Shown piece by piece: positions 11,613 to 24,960 of a stretch of 64,000 nt of DNA. How positions within the stretch are numbered: position 1 is the stretch's first letter; the number at the start of each line of letters is the position of its first letter. The notes below the pieces were generated by a model that was not told the DNA's origin, searched no databases, and was given only the letters and a program-made list of their open reading frames with translations. Position numbers and translations under genes: made by a program. The DNA is from Callorhinchus milii (taxonomy: Eukaryota): assembly GCF_018977255.1 (NCBI RefSeq), contig NW_024704742.1:48672001-48736000 (forward strand). Direction: 5' to 3'.

Positions 11613-14600
11613 CAGGCTGACACATATTTCCTAGATAAATTTACCGACTGCCAGAAAAATTTAACCCATGTGTTCTCGGTGCCTCGTATCATATCTTGTT
11701 TGTCTGTAATCTTTTCAATCTTGGAGATGTACCATACTTATGGGGCTTAGTTCTTTCATTTTTCTAAAATAGTACTCTTTACATTTGGTACAGTGCCTAA
11801 AACATTTCAGATTAATTCACAAAGTTTCTGTGAAGTGTAGTGACTGTATTTGTAGGTGAACACAACAGCCAGTTTGCATACAACACTGTCCCACAATGGC
11901 CATGAAGTGAATGACCAATTTTATCTCTGAGCTTGTTCATCAGAACAACAGAAGAAGCTCCTTTCCCTTTTTGAATAAGAAAATGGAACCTTTGGGACAT
12001 CCTTCCCACAGCAATGGAGTGTCAGCCTAGATCACAAACATGAGGGATTTACTGGAGGAATACTGCTCAATATGTGTTACCACCTTCAAGAGGAAAGAGA
12101 AAATTATGGAGAATTAAAGGAAAAATACATTCTAAAAGGTTAGCAACACCACCCCCCTCAATACACCCAATGAAATGTTGTAACATCAAATGTCTGACTG
12201 ATCTATTTAACATTTAAGTGAACTTCTAACACATTTGCTTATCCCCTCTGCTTCTGCAGTGGGTTTAGGCTTTGTGTGGATACTGCACTGGTATTCTGCC
12301 CCATATCAAGTAGTACTCTCACAGAAATTCAAATCAGGCCTCAGTCGGTTCAAGATCGTCTGTTCACTGATCTGCAACAACTGGAGGTCATGTCACTCAC
12401 TCTTGATTCCTGCTGTTGAAACTCATGTTTTGGGCTTTAGCTGAAAGTAAAACAGATGCAGTTGCATTTGATAAACAGCAGTAATGCAATCTAGAGGACA
12501 ATGTGGAATTAATCAAAGCTTACAGCCCTGGCAATCCAGCCGTCCAGGCAAAGTCCCCCAAGGATTGACTGGTGCTGAGGAGTTTGACTTGAACGATTCA
12601 ACCAGAGGGATCAAGATCGCGGAATTTCTTGCATGTGAGATTTATGATGATGAAGAATGAGAACAACTGCAGATCTATTTAAACTCATGTTTACTGTGTT
12701 TACTTTTTAAAGCGAGATGCATCAAAATAAACACAACTTTTCAAACCATGGTGAACGATGAACAAACCTGTCAAGTTTCAGTCATTGGGAGATGTATTCT
12801 GGCTTAACAATGCCATTTGTTGTGTTGTATGTTACTTGTAAATGTAAGCAGAGTTCCATCCAGTGTTTTAAATAGAACTGCAATCGCTCTCATTCTTTTG
12901 ATCATAAATCTCAATTGCAGCGCTTCTTCAATGTCAACAGCCCTGAACAAGGGAGACTTGACTGGTCTGCCCAAATGTTAAAGGCTATTATCTCTGGTTG
13001 ATCAACCCAGGAGCTGTTGTTTTTTGTTTGAGGGAAATTTTCAGATGGAAAGTCCGAGCTCTGAGTTTCTCTCCTCAAACTTGGGCGGTTTGTGACTATT
13101 AACTGTGAGATGCACTGAACTTTGCATGTTTTTCATTTGCATTCAAAGATAGACGTGCTCTTTGTTGGCATATTTTAAAATACACTGACTGTTCTGTGTG
13201 ACTATATGCAACCCATGGTACTTTGTGGACTGAGTATAAAGCACAGATGGAAAATGACAACAAATCCGCATATCATTTCAGATTTATTCACTTGGTAAAT
13301 GTGTATGTGGTGTTAAATTAGCAAATCTACTACTTTGCATTTGTAGTATTTTAGTTCAATATAATATCTCCACAGGTCAAAATTGCAGTATTCCTAAATA
13401 CATTGTGTTGCTTAATTGTCAGATGGTGATAATGAAGGAACAGAAGGCATTTGGAATACCACCATTTTGTGCCCAATATTAAGGTTGTATGAAACTAATG
13501 TTTAGATTCTGGAGTCACCTCATTGAAAGTGCAAATCATTTATTTTTGTTCAGCCAAACATTGGACGCCCAACCAACTAGTGGGGATCCTAAAAAAAGGA
13601 GGTGAGCAACAGGGAGGGGAGCGGAGGAAAACGAGGACAAGGTTTAAATATTGTTTTTTTTAAATAAGTATGCACTGTGGAAAAAGTTGGTAGAATTCCC
13701 TGATTAGTAATTAAACTGGTAGCCAATGTATCCAGGATTGTGGAGGAAATATTGCTCAGAAGTGAAGAAATGGGGTCCTTGAGAGATCATATAGCAATCT
13801 GAGAATATTGAAAGGAATGAGGGTAGACGTCAGGAGAATTGTGACAGGAATATTGCCTGGATGATCGCTAATGTTTCCATCTTTAAAAAAAACGTTTGTA
13901 AGTTTATCTCAACTGTTGAAAAAGTACGAGTGTGCGTCCTGAATTCAGGAGGATGAAGCAAGAGTAAAAACAGTGTTAAATGAGGCTGAGCCTGAGGTTC
14001 TGCAAAAATAAGGCACTTTGCAATTTAAATAAAACCGTGTAGTTCATTAGTTTTAACAGAGCTGTGGAGAAGATAATAGCCTGTTACAAAACTTGCAGGG
14101 TTCTGATGACATTGAGTGAACAGTTCATATGGTGACCTGAAGCCTATGATACCTTGAATATGATTCCAAATTTTTTTTAATATAATCTGTAATTGTTTCA
14201 ATGATTTTTGTTTCTCTTGAGTTTTCCCTTTGTTACTTGACTCCTCTGTCAATACAGGGCTTTGCAGTTTTGCACATCACAGGAAGAGATTTTCTTTAAA
14301 ACAAGATTGTGATGGTAGATCGGAAAGAAAGTGGTCACATTCTCGTGTGACTGGAAGAAAACCAAAGTAGACTGTTACTGGGTTATAATGCTGCTGTGCA
14401 TAATATTATACAGTGTTATTGAAAGATCAGTTGATGGACAATCCCAGATTTTCTTTGCTTTAAGACAAGGGAACAGTGGTAAACAATGGCTCTTCTGTGG
14501 CAGAGGCTGATACCAGAGAACTGCATTACAAATGAGAAGCTGGCAGGTAAATGTAGGTTTGGCTTAAACCCTGGGAAAATGTCAGTGGTGAATGCCTCTG

Positions 14601-15811
14601 CCTGGGTCTGTGGGGAAATCCAAGCTGAATCAGTGGTTTAGCAAAGCATTGTGCGTATTGTTTTGAAGACCTATAATATACAATAGCACTGCTAGTGAGG
14701 CCTGTTACTGCTGCTAATAGTGGAAGCTCATATTTACTGTACAAATCCACTTTATTATACTGAATGATTACAGAACATTCACAATATCATTTAGAGGGTA
14801 TTTCAATAGTGAGACATTTGAACTTCGTGCTGCAGTAGNTTTTTTGCACATTAAATGAACATATGATAATTCCCACGGGACTGTTGCATAATGACTCTGA
14901 TTGGATGTCTGTAACAGGTAGCCAGGTAACTGTCTTGGTGAAGGTCGAGCGATTTTTGTTCACTAGATAAGCTCACTGGGATGAAGAATCCTCAGTCTGT
15001 GGTGTGTGTGATGCAGCACCAGTGGTTGGATGAGTTTCTGTAGATTATTTCTCATTGGGTTTCAGTGATTAAACTGCATTTATTAATCCGTCGCTCTGGA
15101 CATCTCGCACACTAGTGGCATGGAATGTCCTGGCTGTTGTCAGAAAGAACACTAAGGAACTAATACCGAGTGAAAATACAACATGACATTTAAAGTCTAC
15201 ATAAGAGTGACTTAAAATCTCAATTTCACCTCGCAGTTCAGGCACCTCCAGGCTTGCTCATTGGGAGGTTTGTCACGTGTTCTGAACCGTTCAATGGGAT
15301 CAAACCCTATAAACACTCCAGCTCTCCATTGTTCATATGCTTAAATATCAGGGTCCGGAAATTTCTCAGTCTTTATACTTAAGGGCGTTGTCTTAAACCG
15401 CAGAAGCCCGGTTCAATTGAAGACAGCTTCCAAATTAACACTGAATTTAATAATTTTTCTCCAAAGCTGTAAATTGTAAATTTTAGGACAATGGTCTTAA
15501 TTATAAAACTGTGAGCAATTTCAGGCTGCTGATGTTCAAAAGGTTATGTTGTGGCACAGCTATCATCCCACAGGAGAAAGTGCAACTGTCATCCAAACCC
15601 TTAGATCATGTTATGAGTCTCTCAACAATTCTGCTGCTGCTTTTGCTAATCTACACATATGGTCTTGTGGTGGTGTTTTCACTGTGCTGAATATGGTGCA
15701 CTTCAGCCTGTTACTGCCCTGTGGCTGAGGAAAAAACGTGGTATTTATTCCATTCGATAGCAGTGTTCATAGGTCGGTGTTGACCAAAACAAATAGATGA
15801 GCTAGTTTTCT

Positions 15812-16105
15812 ATAGAATTTCACAGTGCAGGAGGCCATTTGGCCCATCATGCCTACAGCATCTCTCTAATCTAGTAACCCATTGAGTCTCACTCCTCTTA
15901 CCTTTCACCAAACCTTTTATAATATGTTTTCTATTCCCTATTCAAAGTTATTATGGACTCTGCTTCAACCACCCATTTTTAGAAGGGCATTTCATGTCGT
16001 TCTAAAGTTTGTGTGTAAAAAAAAGAATCTCCTAAACTCTTCCTTTTTTATATATAATGATCTGAAATGCATGCCCTCTAGTTACTGACTCATTGACCAA
16101 TGGAA
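15812..16105 (-). mobile_element. CR1 LINE 3' end remnant
   Basis: ATAGAATTTCACAGTGCAGGAGGCCATTTGGCCCATC...GCATTTCATGTC...TGCCCTCTAGTTACTGACTC resembles the reverse complement of a CR1 3' terminus. Confidence 0.55.
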
Positions 16106-16592
16106 AATATGACAAATACAAGGGTGTTGGAAGGTTTTATTTCTAGGGCAGTGCCAGTGTTGACTGCCCACGGTTAGCATTAGAATTCTGTTTAAGTTAA
16201 AGCTATCTGACTTTAATAGATGTCCCAAAAGAGGATCTACCAAGGCATTTGAGGTCAGAAAATCTCAGATCATTTCAGTAAAGTTGCTTCCACAGATAGT
16301 GACTGACAATATATCAATGATTCTGACAGAAGCTTATAACAGGATAATATAATCTGTATATAAAGACCACCTTGACTGTCCTGAACGGGGTCATTCCAAA
16401 GCGTTTAATTTGCTTGCAGTCATATTAAAAGGGAACTGACTGTTGGTTAATATGACACATACGATAGCTGGCAGATTGTAGTTTAACCAAGATGTCCTTT
16501 GTCGTGTCATCTAAATGAGGAGATTACATTCCAGGCCTGCTGACATTCTCTCCTGCCTTATTTAGCATGGGGTCATCTTGACGAGTTTAGTA

Positions 16593-17040
16593 GGTATCAC
16601 TTGGCTTAGTTGGTAACTCTTGTCGCTGAGTCAGAAGGTTGTGGGTTCAAACCCCATGTCCGGACTTTGAACTCACATAGTCTAGGCTGACACCAGTGAA
16701 TTGCTGGGCATGTGTTGCATTTTTGGAGGTGCTAAATGAGCTGATGAGGTGATGTTAAACTGATGTCCCATCTGACTGTTCAGATGGACGATAAAGATCC
16801 CATGGCAGTATTTGAAAGAGAAGGGAGTTTTTTTCCAGTGTCCTGGCCAACAATTCCCCCAAATAAAATTGATTACTCACTTCTTGGCTATGTGTGGGTC
16901 AGTGTTATGCGCAAATTGGTTGCTGTATTCGTGTATAAAATAAACAGCGACTACACATTACATTATATCTTGTGAAGCCCTTTAAGATGACCTCCTGATG
17001 TGAAAGGTCTATATCAATTGCAAAAAAATTTATTATTATT
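16593..17040 (+). mobile_element. Old Deu-domain SINE, near full length
   Basis: Head GGCTTAGTTGGTAA...CTGAGTCAGAAGGTTGTGGGTTCAAACCCC; core CAGATGGACGATAAAGATCCCATGGCA...GGGAGTTTTTTCCAGTGTCCTGGCCAAC; (ATT)n tail. Confidence 0.8.
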
Positions 17041-20000
17041 GTTGTGGTGGTTAATTTGGAAGTCACTCCCTCCTGTCTTGTTTATTGGGGGAGTAAATTA
17101 ATGATGTTTCATAATGTGTTTGATATGAGATTGAGTTGTTAAGCACTACTAATGTCATCCCTGTACGTACTAGACATTGTTATTCTGCCTTGACTGTACA
17201 CGTCCTTTTTTTTGGTGCCTCTGATGGAAACCAGTGACAAAACTGTGCGTTCACAGTTGGAAACAGATGTTTTTTTTCTGTTGGTGTATTATCATTGTTA
17301 GTTTGCCTGATTTAAAAAAAACGCATTTCTCCTCTCCAGTAATATTGTTAAAAATAGGATGACAGATTCTGAGGTCATTATTTTTTCTTATCACAACGAC
17401 TGTGTTGTAGTCTCTTACCAAACTCTGCTTTATATAGTGCACAACATAACGTGTCAATCTTTCTGTGATGTTACTTCAGGGACTTTTTTAAAAGAAAATC
17501 CCTTCCTGTTTCCTAAGGTAAACTGCAGCTGAGAACAGTGCAACAGGACTTTCACAGAGAGCTTTGTCACGTCATTCATGTAAGATCACAGAGAAGTCAA
17601 ACAGGAAAATGTTACTGAATATAGTGTGTGAGGAACTGTGTGTGACTGGCAATGATTCTAAGGCAGTGGGGTTCAGGTGATGTCCTAAACTGCCTTAAGT
17701 CACTGTGTATAATGAATTTTATAAAACATATCTTTTATAATGTGAAGCGCTTTGAGGCGTCCTGATGTGAAATGCTCTATATCAAATGCAGTTATGATTA
17801 TTAATTATTATGGTGATAAGAATAATTACACATCAACACATCAAGGACACGAATGCCACCCATTGAGACATTCTTATGGCGTACATGGGGTTTCTGCTAG
17901 AATATGTACTTCAAATCCAGAGGAACCTTTCCCAGGAACGAGACAACATTTATGTGGTTGTTTTCCAGGCGGGTCCATTTTCAACCCGATTTGATTTTGA
18001 TGGCATGGAATGTCGTGGCAAACTCTGATCAGCATTTTGTCCAATTGTTGTCAGTACTGTGGAATTAATTCACAGTTGTTACACATTCACTGCAAGTTTA
18101 CCAAATAAAAATCCATGGTCGATTCACTTAGGAAACAGGGTCAGCGTGTGTGAAACCAAAGGACAGCAAAAGAACACACTCTTTTCAGTGCTTGCTGCAT
18201 GTGGACATAATCAACTGAAAACTGCTGTTAGGTGGGAAATTGGCGTGTTTCAGTGTGGACTGATTCTGTGCCACCATTAGGATTCTACATCCATATTCTT
18301 ATTGGATGAAGCAAAGGAAAGCCACCCTTTTGTAAAGTAACAAAATGGGTTGTTTATCTGAACTTGCTGTGTTGGGGTTACAAGGACAATATCAAGGACT
18401 GTTTAGCCACAGACTGTTGAGCTTGGTAAGCCGGGCAACTTCTGTTGAATTGAAATAGTGAAGAACATGGTGATGCTCTTCTCTCATATAAATGACCTCA
18501 GTGTATTATGGAACAATGTTTTGGATCAAAGTAAGCTTTCACATGGAATTAGGCTCTGGAATGATAGCAAGCGTCTATCAGGCATTTACTAGCAGGCTGG
18601 TTGGGAAGCCTTCACTACCTACCTCACAAAATTAGTTTTAGAGAAAAAAAATTGCCCTCAATTTTTGGTGTTTCGAAAGATTAATAAAATGTTGAGAGAT
18701 ATGTAAATTATGTCTTGACTGAATCTTTCAACATTTTTAATTGTTGCTGCAACAAGTTTCCCAGAATTGATTCCACAATTGTCAATAGAATTGTAGAAAT
18801 TGCAGCATTTAGTCCAGCGAGTCTGATGTTTGTTAAGCTTGTAAATACAGTATTGGATAGCTCTGTCACACTATTAGCATGTTGGATGACACAGTCAAGA
18901 TACTTTTCCAGTTCAACCTTGGGTAGAGAGAAAATCAAAGAAAGAGCTGCGTTGTTGAGGTTCCACAATGAAACTAATGTCTTATGTGATACAATGGAAG
19001 AGCCTCTCTCCAGCTACAAGAATAAACCACAGAATTCAGTGTACCTTCATTTATGGTCAGATTATTAGTAATATATCACAGGTCAGAGATTAATCATCAT
19101 TTTATTTAAAAAAAGAACTAGGCACTTTATGTTGATACTATGAAATCATTCTATTTTTCGCCAATTCCCTGGCCTCCTTAGGCTGTGCTCAGACTGAAAG
19201 GATGGCCGAATAGGCTGTTCCTAGGTTTCCATTGATCCCATGATGACCTGGCCAGTACAAAGTGTCCCTATTTTTCCTCTACAAGTGGGCAATGTTGGTC
19301 TTGTTCAGAGCCTCTCTGGAGTGTCATGGTTCAGACCAGAAACTCACTGGTGATTGAGCTTGTATCCCATCAAGGTGACTGTGTTGCATTTGGGGAAAAT
19401 ATGTTTAATCTAAACTATCCCACCCACCCTCTAGAATATCAAGAGGCAACATTTACAACCGGTCCACTGTGCTTCAGCCCAGGGATTGGTGCGCTTCTCG
19501 TTCCGCTCACCCCAGGAACTCAATATGGACCTGTCAAATACTGCATTTGCTTTATCTGGAATTTTTTTGGCCTGGAAACCAGACACAATGACCACAATGG
19601 TTTCTTATAGACAAAAGGAAGAATATCTCCTCTTGGGGAAATAAATTCTGAACAATTCTTTTTCCCAGGATTTGAGTTGGGAGTTCATTCAACTAAACCT
19701 ACTTATCTCCCTCTGCCTCAGATAATTGTCCATCTGAGATCACTTTCCAGGGTGACCTAGTCTGTAGTTTTCAGTGCAGTTCTTTCATGGAATAGGTTGA
19801 CATCGAACTCCCCTTCATTCTCAAAAGACCAGTTTATCTAAGTTGACATGCTAAAATGTTTTGACCTGGCATCAGTTGAAATTGTAAGTAGGATTTTAGA
19901 AACCTATGATTTCGCTGTTGCTGATGTTCAAATTTGTTTCCTATTATGGGGTGGAAGTTCTAAATGATTTCAGAAGATCACATTCTTGTTTCTTTTTGAT

Positions 20001-20699
20001 TCGTTCTTCCATCATTCCAAACTACATCTTAGTTTATATATTGTGTGTGCAAGAAGTGAAAATAATAAGGCACTTGGCATCACATTCTCAGACATTTATT
20101 ACAAATATTTGCCAGCACAGATTTTTATTGAGATGGTTGGTCAAGGAGTGTGAAGGAACATTATATTAAGAACATGTTTTAATAATATCAATAAGAAATA
20201 GTTTACCAGAGCTGAATCCTGGTTTATATTCTGTCCTCATCGAAATTCACTCCAAAAAATTCAATGTAATTGACTGTTTGTCTCATTGTTGTTTGTAGAA
20301 CATTGCTGGTGCAAATTAGCTGCTGTGTTAGTTTACACAACAACATTCACTTCATTCTACTTAATCTCAGTCTGTAAAGCGCTTTCAGATGTTTCTTTTA
20401 CGTGAAAGGGGGTTGTATAAATGTAACTTGTTGTTGACTAATGCCAGCTCCACATACTGTTTGGTGATCCAACAAAGGGCAGAGTATTACTGAGTGGTAC
20501 GAGGCTGGTGTGCTGACTTGATGATCTAAAAAGAATGATGGTTGAAGTGTTCTCTTATACTCGGCTTCAGAATGCCAGCCTCGTTTTCTCTTTTCTGAAA
20601 AGCCTGGGCTTGTACTGAAGACCCCATCTGAGTGGAATAAGGTTAGTTCTGACTGATAAAAGATTCACTGAGATGCACTGAGTGTAACATTCAGCCCGA

Positions 20700-20985
20700 T
20701 TTGGTCAGCATCCCAGTCTCCGAAGGGAACAGAGGCTTCATTGATATTTGTCTTTGGTGGCTGTGTGTAGTAGTTAGGATTCTGATGCTGGTTCCCATTG
20801 ACTGTTTTGTTTAAATTGGCATGAAGGAAATTGAAAGTATTTTGTTTAGATAAAAGTATGTGTTTGCAGGACGAAGCCCCACACATAACTAACGGATTGG
20901 GCAATCTTCAGAGGGTGGGAGGTCAGCACCATAGTATGCCTGCACTCTGTATGTTAAAGTCCCCAGAAACGATGATGTACAATTA
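20700..20985 (-). mobile_element. Highly decayed LINE APE-endonuclease remnant
   Basis: Minus frame reads IIVSGDFNIQ (GDFN motif), with an NFLH-like segment downstream. Confidence 0.4.
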
Positions 20986-21750
20986 TGCTTATTTTACGAG
21001 TGTCTTGTATTTAATTAAAACATAGATTACTGTGGTCTTTGTGCTTCAAATTCTAAACTCGAAACGCTCAGTCCCACAGTGAAAAGAAGTTGTGGGACTA
21101 GTTAGAATCCCACCATCGCACTCTTTCCTTTTTTTTCAACCCCACGCACCCAACGACCCATTGTGTGAGTAGGAGGTAAAAACTGACTTGAAAGAATAAC
21201 TTCTAGATCTATTCATGTCATCACAGTGGAGGTCAGTTTCAATAAGACACGCTTTGGGTATTCAATGTTGCTGACATCTACCCTTTGCTCCCAAGCTCCA
21301 ACGCCATGATTGTCAGGAACCTAGAGGTAAAGAGCAGAGGTCAACAGCTTGCATATCAAACTACACTTTCCTGAAATTAACACGTGGTTCTAACCATGCA
21401 AATCTCCTCCCAACAAATGGTGCAGGGAAAAGTGGTTTTCATACATCCTTTATTCACAATTAAAATTTAGTCAGAAATGAATGGATTGAGGGATAACAGC
21501 TGGTTTAACAGTTTGCGTTTTGGATAATTTAAAGGAGATGCAAAGACTGACTTGAAAGTAAAACTTCTAAATCTTTTCATGTCATCGAAGCGTTTTGCAC
21601 TTCCAACTATAATTTTTTTTAAATCATCGAGTCAGCACACCAGCCTTGTGAAAGAGATTGTATTCTAGTTGATGCAATGAGAAGTTATCTAATAATAATA
21701 ATAATTCTTGCATTTGAAATAGTTCCTTATCACGTCATTAAGATAATATA

Positions 21751-22062
21751 ATAATAATAATCCTTGCATTTGATATAGCGCTTTTCATGTCGGGAGGACG
21801 TCCCAAAGCGCTTCACAGAACACACTGTAAAGTGAATTGACTGTATATTTGTGGGCGAACGCGGCAGCCAATTGTGGACAGCAATGTCCCACAAACAGTC
21901 GTAGATTAAAAATGACCAATTTATTATTGTTTTTGGTTTTGGAGGGATTATTATTAGGCGTGTGGAGTAAGGAAACTTGCCCAAGGTTTCACCCTTCCTG
22001 GAATTGAACTCAGGTCTCTTGCTTGCAAAGCGAGTGCTCTAACCACTGAGCTACAGGACTCC
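21751..22062 (-). mobile_element. Young tRNA-Ala SINE, subfamily A, full length
   Basis: Reverse complement of the 1102-1420 element, ending CTACAGGACTCC. Confidence 0.95.
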
Positions 22063-22117
22063 TGTGCTGCACCTATGGTTTACAAGACGTATGTAGTTGA
22101 ACCTTCCTTCCCGAATT

Positions 22118-22434
22118 GGAGTCCTGTAGCTAAGTGGTTAGAGCACTCATTTTGTAAGCGAGAGACTTGGGTTCGATTCCTAGCAAGCAGGGTGAAACCT
22201 TGAGTAAGTTTCCTTACTCCACACACCTGATAATAATCCCTCAAAAAAAACAATAGTAAATTGGTCACTTCAATCCACAACTGTTTGTGGGACACTGCTA
22301 TATGCAATTGGCTGCCGCGTTTCGCCCACAAAATATGCAGTCAATTCACTTTACAGTCTATTCTGTGAAGCGCTTTGAGATGTCTAGAAGATGTGAAAAG
22401 CAGTATATCAAATAAAAGGATTATTATTATTATT
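22118..22434 (+). mobile_element. tRNA-Ala SINE, subfamily A, full length
   Basis: GGAGTCCTGTAGCTAAGTGG head through (ATT)n tail. Confidence 0.93.
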
Positions 22435-22739
22435 AATCGATTAATTGTCTGAAACTTTGGGGGTGAGATTTGCTATATCATGATGTTCTGAATAACACAT
22501 CACTGAAAATAGTGACCTGATTATAATTAACACATCATCTAGTCCCCTGGTATGTTTCGAGACAGACGGCCCCACCCCTACCTCCACACCCTCTCAATGG
22601 TCAAGTCTCACAAACTGATCAAACACTGGACGTACAACTCTTCTGTTACAATATTGGTGAGAAGGATACTACCTTACTAAACAAAGGAAATTGGAGTGAA
22701 GCCTGTATGCATCCCAGTAACCAGCAATCTAATGTAGCA

Positions 22740-22940
22740 ATCCACAAGTCTGAAGTGAGGGCTGGCCTGTAGGTGGGATCATTCAGAGGGTGTTGGAGAA
22801 ATCTGTCCTCCACACATTTGTCCACATCCTTGTGAAAGAATGCATAGGGAAGACTGTTCCGAAAAAAGCCTATTCTGCCCATCAATCTCCTGTCCACAGG
22901 CTGTGTACAATCCACTTCTGCTTGACTTCTCCCCACCCAA
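22740..22940 (-). mobile_element. Possible decayed CR1 endonuclease remnant
   Basis: GLYTACGQE ~ GVYYRPP.Q and KCVEDRFLQHPLNDPT ~ ECVEDNFL.Q.V.EPT, in two frames. Confidence 0.4.
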
Positions 22941-24649
22941 TAAGTCCCCTGGGAAGAATTTGTGCACAAATGTTTCCTGATTCCCACCAAATTGAATCAA
23001 GTGAAATTTCTTATCTGTCCTACATTCTTGAGAGGTTGCCTTCCTTAGCAAAATATTTTCTTAGTTCCAAAAGCTTAGGAATGATCAAGAGTCCAGTCCA
23101 GGCAATATCACATATCTGGTCCTTACCCTTGAGGGTACCTGCCCCTTGGATTTTATTGTAGTCACAAATACAATGCTTGTAACTGGTTGTGGTTCACACA
23201 GCATTCCCGAATATTGTATCTACTTAGTAACTAGATGTACCTGATGCCGACCCATGGGAACTCCGCGCCAACACAATAGGATGGGATCACGTGCATGGGA
23301 TCTTTAACTTCCTGAACAGGAGGAAGGGTCCTTGGTTTAATGCTTTTTGAAGAATGGCACCTCTGACAATGCAGTGCTCCACCAACACAGATTAGCCGTC
23401 AAATCGAGGTCTCGTCTGCCTGCTCAGGTGGACATTAAAGATCCCATGGTACTATTCAAAAAGAATCGAGTTTCTCCCAGTGCCCTGGCCAACACTGCCC
23501 TGAATAAAATTTGCCATTCACTTCATGGCTCTGTGCGATATTGGTGTGCGCAAATTCGTGTTTGACTACATACTACACAATCACTTAACTGGACAGTATA
23601 TCCTGTGAATCGCTTTGAGACTTCCTCCTGATGTGCAAGTTACAATATCAAATGGAAGCATTATATTATCTTTCTATCGTTATGTGGCACATTGGTATCG
23701 CAGTAGCACCCCCTCCCCGAGCTTGGCTTGTCATTCTGCACATCTTTACATTTTGTTTATGAAAAGGAGCAATTATTTTTTGAGAGGAATATTCACATAC
23801 AGAAGCAGTGACAAAATAAAGATCTATTTGATTTATTTTGCTGAATAAATAAGACTTCTCTTCTTTGTTCACAAACCATGGACATACATTTTTATTTGTA
23901 AAAGGCCATCCATCAGAGAATTAAGTAATGAACAAGCGATATTTTTCTCCATACTGTTTTGACTTCAGGCATCCTTGGACACATCTCCTCCACAATTGTC
24001 ACATTGTAACATTCATCACAAAGAGGCAGGTTTCCAACAAAGAAGCACTTTGTGACGTCCCCTTGATGTGAAATGCACAGACTTCAATTCTGGTACTTTT
24101 GCATGAGCCTGTTTTTTAATTGGACGGTTGAGGGAATGAATCTCTGTCAGACTTATGCTGCAGTAAACGCTTCTTGCTGATATGTGCTTTGGAATGGACT
24201 ATATAAGGAAGTTTAGATTTTGAGCGTTGACAGTTTCAGTATGAACATGCACCTGTTTGCCCTTGTAATCAGGGACATAGCCATTTTGATGTGCTCAGCA
24301 GGGTGACCAATGTGCATTCTTAAGAATATCAATACCAGAGTTTCACATATCCATGTGACCTTTGTATGGCAATTTCCCTTTGTCTGCAGTGCACTCTCTC
24401 TCCCCGGCGGGACGCACCCTGTTTAACCCAATCCTAGAAAGTACGAGATGCAGGTACCAGGAACTCCTGGCAAGTTGCTTGTTCAGCAGCACATATTAGC
24501 ATAAAATGTCTGAAAACATTGCTACCATCTTCCTGTCCACAGATAGGATACCCATCCTACTAGTTGAATGATGGTTCCACAAGTTGGAGGTGCAGAGTTT
24601 GAGCAACAGCTGCTTACCTCTCTGCAAACCACTCAAGGGGATTCTGCAA

Positions 24650-24960
24650 GTATGAACTATAGAAATTTACGACACAGAAGAAGGTCCAACGTGTCTGTGC
24701 TGACTCCCTCAAGCAATCCTTCCAGTAACATTTACCTACACTTTCCCCTACCCCTGCAGCTGACTCTTTTTAATGTATTTGTCTAGTTCCCTCTTGAAGG
24801 TTAATATATCTTCTGCCTCAACCATCGCTCCTGGCTGGGTATTCCATATCCTAACTACTCTGTGTGAAAAACATTCTCCTAACTTCCGAATTTGCTTGTT
24901 TACCAACTATTTTAAATTGATGCCCCCTTGATCCTGACTCCGACCAGTGGAAATAATGAA
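24650..24960 (-). mobile_element. CR1 LINE 3' remnant
   Basis: ATAGAAATTTACGACACAGAAG...ATTCCATATCCTAACTACTCTGTGTGAAAA...TGCCCCCTTGATCCTGACTC, CR1 3' pattern on the minus strand. Confidence 0.6.

Noticed and set aside
14839..14839. Ambiguous base N (also at 45311)
   Set aside because: Single Ns next to homopolymer runs are assembly artefacts, not biology
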